Source: Gemmatimonadota bacterium (lineage in GTDB: Bacteria > Gemmatimonadota > Gemmatimonadetes > Palauibacterales > KS3-K002). From it: 64,000 nt of DNA. The stretch covers positions 96,001-160,000 of the forward strand of contig JBDHJS010000003.1 in the NCBI GenBank assembly GCA_039586795.1, in the 5' to 3' direction. Position 1 is the first letter of the stretch, and each line of letters begins with the position of its first letter. A program made the translations under genes and the position numbers. This document shows, piece by piece, positions 19,509-28,883 of the stretch. A model generated the notes under the pieces. That model was not told where the DNA came from and made no database searches. It saw only the letters and a list, made by a program, of their open reading frames with translations.

Positions 19509-19606
19509 ATGAGGCTCTCCTGATCGAGACACGCGGTGTTGTCTATTGTGCGTATATGTCGTCCCCCGCCAATACGACTGTTGCATAGTTCACGGAGTGT
19601 GGAATC

Positions 19607-19999
19607 GTGTTTCTAGCCCGCCAGTACTTACCCATCGCGCTCATCGGCCTGGTAGCGGTAGCACTAACCAGCTGCGAGGCGCTCGCGCCGATAACCCAGC
19701 CCGAGGAAGAAGATCCGGGAGAAACGCCGCCCAACAGCGTCAGTCTCTCCTGGCAAGCGCCGACGCTGAACGCCGACGGCACGCCCCTCGGCGACCTCGC
19801 GAGCTTCAACATCTACTATGGTTCGGTATCGCCGCTTAGCGACGCGACCGCCACCGTCGTAAATGTTGGCAATGTAACGACATACACTGTCCGCGACCTA
19901 CAGCCTGGCGTTTACTACTTCGCCGTCTCCGCAGTGGACCAGAACGGTAACGCAAGTTCGCTGTCCGACGAAGTCAGAACGGAGATATCGGCCCAATGA
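19607..19999 (+). CDS. Small lipoprotein with a fibronectin type III domain apparently lacking strand A
   Basis: Signal peptide with lipobox LTSC, then SVSLSW...FNIYYG...VGNVTTYTVRDLQPG.YYFAVSAVD..GN.S. Confidence 0.8.
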   Translation: MFLARQYLPIALIGLVAVALTSCEALAPITQPEEEDPGETPPNSVSLSWQAPTLNADGTPLGDLASFNIYYGSVSPLSDATATVVNVGNVTTYTVRDLQPGVYYFAVSAVDQNGNASSLSDEVRTEISAQ

Positions 20000-22125
20000 A
20001 CGCGCGAATATCGGCCATCGGCCTCGGATTGTTGATCGCCTTCGCCGTCACGGTACAGCCGATCCAGGCGCAGTCTGGAGGCCAGGCGATCACCGGAATA
20101 ACGTTTGACTGGGGTACGTACATAAACACCGCATCCGGGTCGGACAACTGGCCGCTCGCCTGGTGCGAGGACGGCCATCAGTACACCAGCTGGGGAGACG
20201 GCGGCGGCTTCGGCGGCACGAACTCCGATGGTCGCGTTTCTCTCGGCTTCGGCCGCATCGAGGGGGATTACCCCAACTTCACCGGCTATAACGTGTGGGG
20301 CGGCAAGAACCCGGAAAGCAACGACCCGTTGTTCTCCGGTAAGGTCGTCTCGATGATCTGCATGAACGGTAACCTCTACGCCTGGCGGAGCTCGGGCAGC
20401 AACTACTCGGCTTTCAGGTGGAAGCAGATCATCCGGTCGACGGACAAGGGCCGAACCTGGAATGAAGACGAGTTCCCCGAGAGTCGGCTGGAAGGTGGTG
20501 TAGGCTTGCCGGGTCTGCCTTACTTCCTCGACTACGGTCAGAACTACAGCGCCAACAGCGACGGATACGTCTATATCTACACGATCCGCATTGAGGACGA
20601 CAACAACTGGGAGGTACAGAAGCCCGGCGTGATCTGGCTGGCGCGTGCGCCGGCGGCCAACGAGGCGTTCATCGACCTGTCGAACTGGGAGTGGTATACG
20701 GGTGCCGGTCCGACGTGGGGTAGCGTCGATGATCGTGCGGCTGTGATTCAGGACAGCGATGGCTTCATGCGGAACAGCGCGATGTACGTTCCGGGCCTCA
20801 ATCGTTACGTCATGGTGGCTAACCACACGGCGCGCAACCAGGGGAACATCGTGATCTACGAGGCGCCCCAGCCGTGGGGCCCGTGGTCGGTCGTGATGAA
20901 GAAGGATGGCTGGCCGTCGGGTGAGACGAGTGTCGTGTCGCCGAGTTTCGCGTTCGGCAACTTCTCGCCCAAGTGGCTATCCACCGATGGACGCGACTGT
21001 GTGTTTGTCTGGTTCCGACCCGATGATTGGAACAGCGTCGAGTGCCGGTTCGAGATTGGTGGAACTACCGATGTAACACCGCCACCGACGCCGACCTCGC
21101 TCAGCGCCAGCGCCGGCGGAACGAGCACGGTGAACCTGTCGTGGAACGGGGTATCCGACCCAGAGAGCGGCATCAGTCGCTATATCGTCTACCGTGACGG
21201 TTCGCAGGTCGGCAGCCCCACCCAGACGAGCTACACGGACTCCGGCCTCAACGCTGGCACCAGCTACTCGTACCAGGTCTCCGCGGTCAACGGCGTCGGC
21301 CTCGAGGGTCCTAAGAGCCAGTCAGCGAGCGCGACAACCGATGACGCATCGGATACTTCGCCACCCACGGCGCCGAGTTCACTCAGCGCGAACGGCACCG
21401 GGAGAACGACGGCCAGCCTGACGTGGTCGGCTGCCAGCGATCCGGAGAGCGGGATCAGTCGATACGTCGTCTATCGCGATGGCTCAGAAGTCGGGAATCC
21501 CACGCAAACCAGTTTTAACGACACTGGTCTAACCGCCGGCACCACCTACACTTACGAAGTTTCTGCCATCAACGGTGTCGGCCTCGAAGGCCCGAAGAGC
21601 TCGTCAGCTGACGCCACGACGGCGCCGCCAAGCAGCGAAGGGCTGGTACAGAACATCTCCGTGGCGTCGGGGAAGGTGTATGTAGCCGTCGAAGACGCGT
21701 TCCAGGAGGCTTCGATACAGTACATCGACCGAACTCACACGTTCACTTCTGTTCCGACGGAGCTGGAGGGGGCGCTGTACATTCAGACCGCGAATGACGA
21801 CAAGAGCGAGAGCGCTGGATCGAGCAATTTCCTGTCCTTTGACATCACGTACGATGCTGTCGTCTACGTTGCGCACGACGATCGACTCGATCGTCCGACC
21901 TGGCTGAACTCAGGATTCGTTGACATCGGGCTCGACGTCGTTTCGTCGGACGACGGGACCATCTTCAGTCTATTTGCCAAGAGCTTCACCGCCGGCAGCG
22001 TGACGCTCGGCGCCAATGCTGACACGCCGCTTAGTCGGTCCAGCATGTATTCTGTCATTGTCGACAACTCCGGTCTCGACCTCATTCCACCGGCACCACC
22101 TCGGGGTCTTCGGGTCGGGAACTGA
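19996..22125 (+). CDS. Secreted protein: DUF4185-like putative glycoside hydrolase domain + 2 FN3 + C-terminal beta domain
   Basis: Sec signal (..IQA/Q), SDNWPLAW..DG.QYTSWGDG.GF motif, two FN3 repeats (PP.P.SL.A...LSW..DPESGISRY.VYRDG...Y.Y.VSA.NGVG.EG), and a C-terminal PPAPPRGLRV. Confidence 0.75.
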   Translation: MNARISAIGLGLLIAFAVTVQPIQAQSGGQAITGITFDWGTYINTASGSDNWPLAWCEDGHQYTSWGDGGGFGGTNSDGRVSLGFGRIEGDYPNFTGYNVWGGKNPESNDPLFSGKVVSMICMNGNLYAWRSSGSNYSAFRWKQIIRSTDKGRTWNEDEFPESRLEGGVGLPGLPYFLDYGQNYSANSDGYVYIYTIRIEDDNNWEVQKPGVIWLARAPAANEAFIDLSNWEWYTGAGPTWGSVDDRAAVIQDSDGFMRNSAMYVPGLNRYVMVANHTARNQGNIVIYEAPQPWGPWSVVMKKDGWPSGETSVVSPSFAFGNFSPKWLSTDGRDCVFVWFRPDDWNSVECRFEIGGTTDVTPPPTPTSLSASAGGTSTVNLSWNGVSDPESGISRYIVYRDGSQVGSPTQTSYTDSGLNAGTSYSYQVSAVNGVGLEGPKSQSASATTDDASDTSPPTAPSSLSANGTGRTTASLTWSAASDPESGISRYVVYRDGSEVGNPTQTSFNDTGLTAGTTYTYEVSAINGVGLEGPKSSSADATTAPPSSEGLVQNISVASGKVYVAVEDAFQEASIQYIDRTHTFTSVPTELEGALYIQTANDDKSESAGSSNFLSFDITYDAVVYVAHDDRLDRPTWLNSGFVDIGLDVVSSDDGTIFSLFAKSFTAGSVTLGANADTPLSRSSMYSVIVDNSGLDLIPPAPPRGLRVGN
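20137..21053 (+). repeat. Copy 1 of a ~917-bp direct repeat (DUF4185-like domain)
   Basis: Co-linear with 22515..23431 and the same length, with long identical stretches and scattered, largely third-position substitutions. Confidence 0.95.
21064..21620 (+). repeat. Tandem FN3-coding intragenic repeat (two ~285-bp units)
   Basis: Units share GAGAGCGG.ATCAGTCG.TA...GTCTA.CG.GA.GG.TC and AACGG.GTCGGCCTCGA.GG.CC.AAGAGC. Confidence 0.8.
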
Positions 22126-22162
22126 GGTCGTCGAACCGAATCAGGCAGATCACTCAGAAACG

Positions 22163-22204
22163 CGCGAGGCGGGGATCCAGCGATCTCCGCCTCGCGTTCT
22201 ATTC
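22163..22204 (+). terminator. Rho-independent terminator
   Basis: 15-bp stem CGCGAGGCGGGGATC / GATCTCCGCCTCGCG (one G-U pair), 4-nt loop, followed by TTCTATTC. Confidence 0.7.
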
Positions 22205-22346
22205 TGGGTCTTCTCGACGCCTGACGTGAGACAGAGACTTGCAGAGCTTCTCGAGCGCGCGACATACTGTTGCCAATGACTGCTAGCGTGAGTCTTGTTG
22301 CCCGCTTTCGATCCAACACGTTACTGAATAGCGAGTGTTCAATTCT

Positions 22347-23456
22347 ATGAGCAGTACGCGTTTGCTACGCCTCAACAGCGCTGCCGGCCTGACACTTCTA
22401 CTTGTCGCGGGCTGTGGTTCCATCGAACCGGGCAACGGGGACGACTCGACAGACCCTAACGCCTTCATCACTGGAGTCACATTCGACTGGACCACATACA
22501 AGGAAATGGCTGACGGGTCGGACAACTGGCCGCTCGCCTGGTGCGAGGACGGCCACCAGTACACCAGCTGGGGCGACGGCGGGGGCTTTGGCGGCACAAA
22601 CCAGGATGGCCGCGTCTCCCTTGGCTTCGGTCGCATCGAAGGGGACTACCCCAACTTCACCGGCTATAACGTGTGGGGCGGCAAGGACCCGGAGAGCAAC
22701 GACGCGCTTTTCTCCGGCAAGGTCGTCTCGATGATCTGCATGAACGGTAACCTCTACGCCTGGCGGAGCTCGGGTAGCAACAACTCAGCTCTGAAGTGGA
22801 AGCAGATCATCCGGTCGACGGACAAGGCCAGATCGTGGAGCGCGGACGAGTTCCCGGAGAGCCGGTTGGAAGGTGACGTGGGTCTCCCGGGTCTGCCCTA
22901 CTTCCTCGACTACGGTCAGAACTACAGCGCCAACAGCGACGGATACGTCTATATCTACACGATCCGCATCGAGACGACGGATACCTGGGAGGTGCAGAAG
23001 CCGGGCGTGATCTGGTTGGCACGCGCCCCGGCAGCCAACGAGGCGTTCATCGATCTGGCGAACTGGGAGTGGTACACGGGCGCCGGTCCCACGTGGGGCA
23101 GCATCGATGATCGGGCGGCCGTGATTCAGGACAGCGATGGGTTCATGCGGAACAGCGCAATGTACGTTCCCGGTCTCAATCGCTTCGTCATGGTGGCGAA
23201 CCACACGGCGCGCAACCAGGGCAACATCGTGATCTACGAGGCTCCGCAGCCGTGGGGTCCGTGGTCGGTGGTGATGAAGAAGAACGGTTGGCCGGCGGGT
23301 GAGACCAGCGTCGTGTCGGCGAGCTTCGCGTTCGGCAACTTCTCGCCCAAGTGGCTATCTGCGGATGGGCGTGACTGTGTTTTCGTCTGGTTCCGACCCG
23401 ACTCCTGGAACAGCGTCGAGTGCCGGTTCGAAACCGCGGCGACCACCGTACAATGA
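22347..23456 (+). CDS. Lipoprotein consisting of a single DUF4185-like domain (paralog of 19996..22125)
   Basis: Lipobox VAGC; the domain is nearly identical to residues ~30-355 of the upstream protein. Confidence 0.8.
   Translation: MSSTRLLRLNSAAGLTLLLVAGCGSIEPGNGDDSTDPNAFITGVTFDWTTYKEMADGSDNWPLAWCEDGHQYTSWGDGGGFGGTNQDGRVSLGFGRIEGDYPNFTGYNVWGGKDPESNDALFSGKVVSMICMNGNLYAWRSSGSNNSALKWKQIIRSTDKARSWSADEFPESRLEGDVGLPGLPYFLDYGQNYSANSDGYVYIYTIRIETTDTWEVQKPGVIWLARAPAANEAFIDLANWEWYTGAGPTWGSIDDRAAVIQDSDGFMRNSAMYVPGLNRFVMVANHTARNQGNIVIYEAPQPWGPWSVVMKKNGWPAGETSVVSASFAFGNFSPKWLSADGRDCVFVWFRPDSWNSVECRFETAATTVQ
22515..23431 (+). repeat. Copy 2 of a ~917-bp direct repeat
   Basis: Matches 20137..21053. Confidence 0.95.
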
Positions 23457-24638
23457 AGCGTCAGTGAAGGGTGAGCCAGCGGCGACCATCGTCATGGTGA
23501 GCGGCCGAAACATCTCGTTCTCCAGGGCATCCCACAAAGTCGGGCCCCAATGCGCGTCGCCAAGCGAGTCCCCGAACCTGACCATCACCAGATCCAGGCT
23601 AGGCACGACGAGCAACACCTGACCTCCCGCCCCCACGGCAGCAAAGGACTCGAGCGGCAGTGAAGGCCAGGCGCCATTCGAGTTGACCCACCAGCAAATC
23701 GCTGGAGCGGGGTGTGAGCGCCCCTCTGAAGGACTCGGCAAAATCGCGTTTGGGCTCAGGACGATCTCTACGAGAGTCGAGTCTATCAGTTGCCTGCCTT
23801 GCCACCTGCCCTTCTGCAACATGAGCTGACCGACGCGAGCGGCTGCCCGTGCTGAATAGAAGGCTCCGCTCCACGTTGCATGCAAGCGCATTCCGTCCGC
23901 TCTAAATGACCTACCGTAACTAATCGTCCAAGCAGACCGCGGGACACCCAACGGTTCCATGATTCGATGTTCGAGCGCGGCCTCGATATCTGAGTATGGA
24001 GAATCTTTCAAGCTGGCGGTCACGGAATAGCCGAGGGCGGCGAACGCAGGACCGCTATACATGAATCGCGTTCCGGGGGTGAAGGTGATGGGCGCTTCCT
24101 TCAGCACCGCCTCGAAGGCGCCGCGTTGGCGACCCCAGAAGACTCGCTTCCAGCCCACCTGGTCACCTTCGTCGCGATGTTCGATTCCCGAGGTGTGAGT
24201 CGCAAGATGCCGAATCGTGATTGCCGACCTTGCCGGGTCGCCGTCCCACGCTGGAATGTACGCAGCAGCCGGCGCATCGAGTTTGATCAGGCCGTCATCG
24301 ATCGCTATGGCCAGCGACATCCCACCCACCAGCGCCTTGGCCATCGAGGCCGTGCCTTCTTTTCGCCAGCGACTGTGGAACGGCGCGTACCACTCGTAGG
24401 CGATCTGGTTGTGCCTGACGATCAGCAGCGCCTTCGTTCCCTTGTCGGCAAGCCTCGCCCTCAATGTGTCCAGCTGGACGGCGCTGAAGCCCAGACTCTC
24501 AGGCGTGGCTTCGTCCCAAGCCACCACGCCCCCAATCGGCATAGGCAGCCGATCACACCCAGCCATCAAGACAATGGCAGATATGACGAGAGTGAGTCCA
24601 CCGGTCTTGTCGCCCATAGCGACAAGCGGACGGATCAT
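23355..24638 (-). CDS. Serine hydrolase (beta-lactamase/class C-like), probable lipoprotein
   Basis: SxxK = SMAK, ITIRHLATHTSG, F.YSG, GQLMLQKGRWQG.QLI, G.GGQ.L.VVPSLDLV.VRFG, lipobox MAGC. Start set at ATG 24638. Confidence 0.85.
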   Translation of the reverse strand: MIRPLVAMGDKTGGLTLVISAIVLMAGCDRLPMPIGGVVAWDEATPESLGFSAVQLDTLRARLADKGTKALLIVRHNQIAYEWYAPFHSRWRKEGTASMAKALVGGMSLAIAIDDGLIKLDAPAAAYIPAWDGDPARSAITIRHLATHTSGIEHRDEGDQVGWKRVFWGRQRGAFEAVLKEAPITFTPGTRFMYSGPAFAALGYSVTASLKDSPYSDIEAALEHRIMEPLGVPRSAWTISYGRSFRADGMRLHATWSGAFYSARAAARVGQLMLQKGRWQGRQLIDSTLVEIVLSPNAILPSPSEGRSHPAPAICWWVNSNGAWPSLPLESFAAVGAGGQVLLVVPSLDLVMVRFGDSLGDAHWGPTLWDALENEMFRPLTMTMVAAGSPFTDASLYGGRRGFEPALDAVPGVGSEPDENTVTPIRR

Positions 24639-24648
24639 GATTAGCCCC

Positions 24649-25830
24649 TCAGGACGTGACGCGTCTGAGAAACATTCCTGCGGCGATACCAACCGCCACC
24701 GCCAGGTACTCGAGCGTCGGTGTTCTGGCGAGCCCGGTCGCAAGCGGCACAACTGCTAGGGCGAGAACCAGAAGTGCCGAGTAGAGTCCAAGTTCTTTGT
24801 GGCCGCGCGCCCAGTACGCGCCGGGCATGGCTAGACCAACCAGCCAAACACCAGTCAGAATGGCCACGAACCATCCCGGTAGACTTCCTGTGTAGTAGAG
24901 CAGAGACCAACCGAGACCCAGGGTGAAACCGAGTCCGCAAGCACTCGAGCCGTTGACCGATATGCAATGACCATCCGGCTCACGCCACACATCCACGGCG
25001 AGGCTATCGCCCTCAACCACCCCGGCCATGACCTGCTCGTTCCGCAGGTCCGGCTGATCCAAGCGCAACTCCGCGGCGCGCGTCCTATAGCGATACACCA
25101 TTGCGGTGCGATCGGGTCCCAAAAGGATGATCTCACTCTGGCGATCGTCGTAGATACTGACCAGAGAGCTAAGTCCCGTTACGGGTGGACCGGCCAGAGC
25201 CCTCGCGCGCAGCCGACTTGAGGCTTGCAGCAGGGACCGCACACTATCGGAGTTCGCCAGCCGCCTGGGCGGAATCTCGAGCGACCCGATGGTGAATTCG
25301 CTCACCTCCCCACGATACCACTTCAAGTGGCCCAGTTCCGGTGTCCACTGCCCATAATACGTTGAACGAGGAAACAATGGTTGCAGCAAGAAGCCGACTC
25401 CGGTGTGCACAACCAGAACCGTGGCCGTAGCAGCTATCACCAGGATCCGCGCCTGGCGCGGATTGGGCAGGAACCAACTCAGCGCGTAGCGGCCAATCAC
25501 TGCGCCGAGCACCGCCCCTGTCGTGTTGTAGACGATGTCTCCCAGGTTGGCAAAGCGACCCGGGATGAAGAGTTGTGCAAGCTCCAGCCCGGCGGAGAAG
25601 AGCGCGGCGATGAGAAGAACCTCTGACACACGCCTTCCTCGCAGCCCGAGGCCGATGCCGACTGGCGTGAAGAAACCGATATTCAGAAGCGCGTCCGCCA
25701 CACCGCGGACACCGCACACCAGACAGGTGACAACCACCATGGAGTCAGCGTAGCGCTGCGGGAATAACGTCACGACCAGGATGGCAGGGACGTAGATCAG
25801 CAGGACGTATTTTCCGAGGCGCGCGCGCAT
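24649..25830 (-). CDS. VanZ-family membrane protein with a periplasmic beta-rich insertion
   Basis: TLFP, DALLNIGFF.P.G, S..LELAQLFIPGR.....DIVYNT.GA.LG. Start set at ATG 25830. Confidence 0.8.
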   Translation of the reverse strand: MRARLGKYVLLIYVPAILVVTLFPQRYADSMVVVTCLVCGVRGVADALLNIGFFTPVGIGLGLRGRRVSEVLLIAALFSAGLELAQLFIPGRFANLGDIVYNTTGAVLGAVIGRYALSWFLPNPRQARILVIAATATVLVVHTGVGFLLQPLFPRSTYYGQWTPELGHLKWYRGEVSEFTIGSLEIPPRRLANSDSVRSLLQASSRLRARALAGPPVTGLSSLVSIYDDRQSEIILLGPDRTAMVYRYRTRAAELRLDQPDLRNEQVMAGVVEGDSLAVDVWREPDGHCISVNGSSACGLGFTLGLGWSLLYYTGSLPGWFVAILTGVWLVGLAMPGAYWARGHKELGLYSALLVLALAVVPLATGLARTPTLEYLAVAVGIAAGMFLRRVTS

Positions 25831-25983
25831 GGTCGCTTTGGTTGCGTGACGGCGGCCGGCAGAGAACTGACGCGGCGGCCTGATGGTCAATAGTAGCGAA
25901 GCGGCGAAACACCGAAAGGCCACACTCCAATCATTAGTGTAGCATCCTCACTACATAGACCACGGGAAACCGAGCTATACTCG

Positions 25984-25999
25984 TGGCCTGCCTCTTGCT
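25984..25999 (+). promoter_or_regulatory. Candidate sigma-54 -24/-12 promoter for GT4 at 26014
   Basis: TGGCCTGCCTCTTGCT is near consensus. A palindrome TGTAG-N8-CTACA lies upstream at 25938-25955. Confidence 0.6.
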
Positions 26000-26013
26000 A
26001 CGTCATTTGTGCG

Positions 26014-27192
26014 ATGAACATTCTGACCTTTAACTACGAGTACCCGCCCCTGGGCGGCGGCGGTGGTGTGGTGCATGCCCTGATCGTCGAAGAGCTGGCA
26101 AAGCGCCATCGCGTCGTCGTCGTTACATCTGCCTTCGAGGACCTTCCCTCGCACGAAGTCCGGGGCGGGGTAGAGATCCATCGCGTGCCCATCGTGGGCC
26201 GCAAGGACGCTTCAGCGGCCTCGCTGATATCGCTTTTGAGCTTCCCGCTCACAGCATGGGCGAAGGCGTATCAGCTGATTCGCAAAGAGCGTTTCGACAT
26301 TATCAACAGCCATTTCGCGGTTCCTACGGGCCCGGCTTCTCTGCCGCCCGCAAAGCTCGCCAGGATTCCCCATGTATTGAGCCTTCACGGCGGTGACATC
26401 TATGACCCCTCCAAGAAGCTGTCGCCGCATCGCTTACGGGGTGTCCGCTCCGTGGTCAACTGGGTGCTCAAGAGCTCAGACGCCGTGGTGGCGCAATCGA
26501 CGAACACCCGTGAGAACACGCACAAATACTACTCATATGACGGCCCCATCGAGATCATCCCGCTGGGCATTCGACAGCCGGACTTTCCCGATGCAACGCG
26601 CGACGACCTCGGCGTGCCAAGAGATCGCTTCGTAGCGATCACCGTCGGGCGGCTGGTGAAGCGCAAAGGCATTGATCAACTCCTTCAGGCGCTGACACTC
26701 CCTGAGTGTCAGGATGCCATACTCTACGTGGTCGGCGACGGCCCCGAACGCGCACCGCTGACAACCCTGTCGAGAGAACTCGGCCTGGAGGATCGAGTCG
26801 TGTTCACAGGCCGCGTGGAGGAAGATGAGAAGTGGCAGCTACTCAAGTGTTCTGACGCCTACGTATCGGCCACTCTTCACGAAGGATTCGGCCTGGTCTA
26901 TCTGGAGGGGATGGCCGCTGGACTGCCCGTCGTCACGTTCGATCACGGTGGGCAGGTGGACTTCCTTCGACATGACGAGACCGGATACGTGGTCTCGGCA
27001 GGCGACGTACCAGGGTTGGCCGCAGCGATAGGTCGCCTCATAGCGAATCCGGAAGAAGTGGAGAGGTTCCGCGCCACGAACCTGCAGCGAGCACCGCAAC
27101 ACCGCATAGAGGAGTGCGCCGACGGCTATGAGGAGCTGTTCGATCGTGTAGCTGCTGAGGGAAAGAAAGCGGCAACCTTGGTCACGGCATAG
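26014..27192 (+). CDS. GT4 family glycosyltransferase
   Basis: NYEYPPLGGGGG, LHGGD, VGRLVKRKG, VGDGPE, EGFGLVYLEGMAAGLPVV. Confidence 0.92.
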   Translation: MNILTFNYEYPPLGGGGGVVHALIVEELAKRHRVVVVTSAFEDLPSHEVRGGVEIHRVPIVGRKDASAASLISLLSFPLTAWAKAYQLIRKERFDIINSHFAVPTGPASLPPAKLARIPHVLSLHGGDIYDPSKKLSPHRLRGVRSVVNWVLKSSDAVVAQSTNTRENTHKYYSYDGPIEIIPLGIRQPDFPDATRDDLGVPRDRFVAITVGRLVKRKGIDQLLQALTLPECQDAILYVVGDGPERAPLTTLSRELGLEDRVVFTGRVEEDEKWQLLKCSDAYVSATLHEGFGLVYLEGMAAGLPVVTFDHGGQVDFLRHDETGYVVSAGDVPGLAAAIGRLIANPEEVERFRATNLQRAPQHRIEECADGYEELFDRVAAEGKKAATLVTA

Positions 27193-27199
27193 CCGACAT

Positions 27200-28879
27200 C
27201 TACCGCCGGGCCGCTCTTAGCGCTTCCGTAACCCGCTCACGTAGAAGATCTGCCGTTTGTTGCTCCGCCGGCCCTTGCCGCGCGAAGCGCGCCGCCCATC
27301 GATAGAAGCCGTTCACCGTGCGTTGGATGGAAGGGTTCTTTGGGCTCGTGTGGCGAAGCGTTTCTACGAGGTGGTCTGCCAGATCTTCGAGCATCGCACC
27401 CTCATTTCCGCCGGTCGCCGGCCCGACGTAGAAGACGCCCTCACCCTCATGTCCACCCAGCGGTCTATTGGGCCGCGGCCGGAAAGTCCAGCCGTATCTC
27501 CAGAGACCGAACTCGTCGGGCCGAAACGCGGCGCGATACCGATGCCTGGAAACCGAATCGGCGTCGACTTTGAGCAGTCTCCCCGAGGGAGCGATCAAAA
27601 CCATCTCTGGAGCCTGTTCCTCCCGCGGGCCGGGCTGTACCCAGGTCTCCAACAGGTCCAGGACAAACTCCTCGCCCCACTCGACCCTGTTACGCGGTGA
27701 CGACACCATGACCTGAGACCAATCCCAGCGACGAACGATCGGGTTATCGAGATACTCCCATTCCGCATCCTCGACGGATAGTTCGCTGTCTCCGCCGCGG
27801 ATAAACGTCGCGGGCGGAATCCCTTCACCCGGTTCGATCGCGGCGGCCAGCAGAACGGTTCGACCGGGATGCTCGATCACGTTAGTGACATGAGCCATCC
27901 CCGCCTCCAGCACAAAGTCGTCCGTCGCCGCTACGACCGTGAACGGGAGCTCAACCTCGATGTCGAGGCGGGGTCGCTTCGAGACCCAGTCTCTTTCGGT
28001 ACCGAAGTTCGAGCTCAGGATGCCGTACTCTGTGCCCCAACGGTCTTCTTCTTCGTCGTCCAACTTCAACAATAGGTCGACGGATCCTCGCTCCAACGAT
28101 CGATCCACATAGCGCGCCAGACTCGGACCCCCAAACGTCAGCATCGTATCGTCCCGGACGATCGTTCCCATCGCCACAGGGCGGAGCGCATACCTGACAA
28201 GCGCGTCCTGGTCGTCTGGCTCGAGCGCTCCTGGGGCGGCCCACGTTTCTTCGTCTACTCGCGCTTCCGTCCAACTCGCTTCGCCAGGCGCTGCGCGCGA
28301 CAGATCGTTCTTTTCGATTCCGCCGGCACCGGCAACCCAGTCCGCGTCGGTCGGATAGGCGTACAAATGGAGCGGCTCGAGTGGTTCCTCCCCCGCAAGG
28401 GGCGAGTCAACCATGAACGCCTCGATCCAGAAGGACAGCCTGGCCGATACGACGCGAGCCTCCCGCGGCAACTCGGGCAGCGCCCAACGAACCAGACCTC
28501 GCTTCAATTCGAAACGGCCTTCCCGGTTGGGGCCACCGTAACGTCGGCCGACGCGCACGTGATACGAGGTGCCCTGGTTGTACGGGTACTTCACCCTGCC
28601 ATCCAGGTATCCCCTGATATCGGTGTCCTCGACTGTGGAGACCGGAGAGATCAACGAATAGCTGACGTTCGTTGTTCTGGATGCAGGCGCGGCGACGTCG
28701 ATGAACGCCGCCGTAACGCGCACACGCCCGACGCGCTGGATCTCGAGTTGAGAGATCTCCTTGATCCGCGCCGCCGTATGTCGGATCCGCGGTTGGCTAT
28801 CAATCCGAACCTCGAGCCACTCGCAAGCGGATATCGCGAGGAGCGTAATAACCGACAGCAGCATCCATCGTGCTCTCAT
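27200..28879 (-). CDS. Lipoprotein with a DNRLRE-like (CBM96-like) domain
   Basis: Lipobox ISAC; RGLVRWALPELPREARVVSARLSFW, W..PGA and RPRLDIE fit the DNRLRE-type pattern. Start ATG 28879 follows the upstream stop directly. Confidence 0.6.
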   Translation of the reverse strand: MRARWMLLSVITLLAISACEWLEVRIDSQPRIRHTAARIKEISQLEIQRVGRVRVTAAFIDVAAPASRTTNVSYSLISPVSTVEDTDIRGYLDGRVKYPYNQGTSYHVRVGRRYGGPNREGRFELKRGLVRWALPELPREARVVSARLSFWIEAFMVDSPLAGEEPLEPLHLYAYPTDADWVAGAGGIEKNDLSRAAPGEASWTEARVDEETWAAPGALEPDDQDALVRYALRPVAMGTIVRDDTMLTFGGPSLARYVDRSLERGSVDLLLKLDDEEEDRWGTEYGILSSNFGTERDWVSKRPRLDIEVELPFTVVAATDDFVLEAGMAHVTNVIEHPGRTVLLAAAIEPGEGIPPATFIRGGDSELSVEDAEWEYLDNPIVRRWDWSQVMVSSPRNRVEWGEEFVLDLLETWVQPGPREEQAPEMVLIAPSGRLLKVDADSVSRHRYRAAFRPDEFGLWRYGWTFRPRPNRPLGGHEGEGVFYVGPATGGNEGAMLEDLADHLVETLRHTSPKNPSIQRTVNGFYRWAARFARQGPAEQQTADLLRERVTEALRAARR

Positions 28880-28883
28880 GCCA

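Noticed and set aside
23355..24638. Antibiotic-resistance beta-lactamase (and vancomycin resistance from the adjacent VanZ gene)
   Set aside because: SxxK hydrolases of this type are mostly esterases or amidases, VanZ-like proteins are common in glycan loci, and no van cluster is present.
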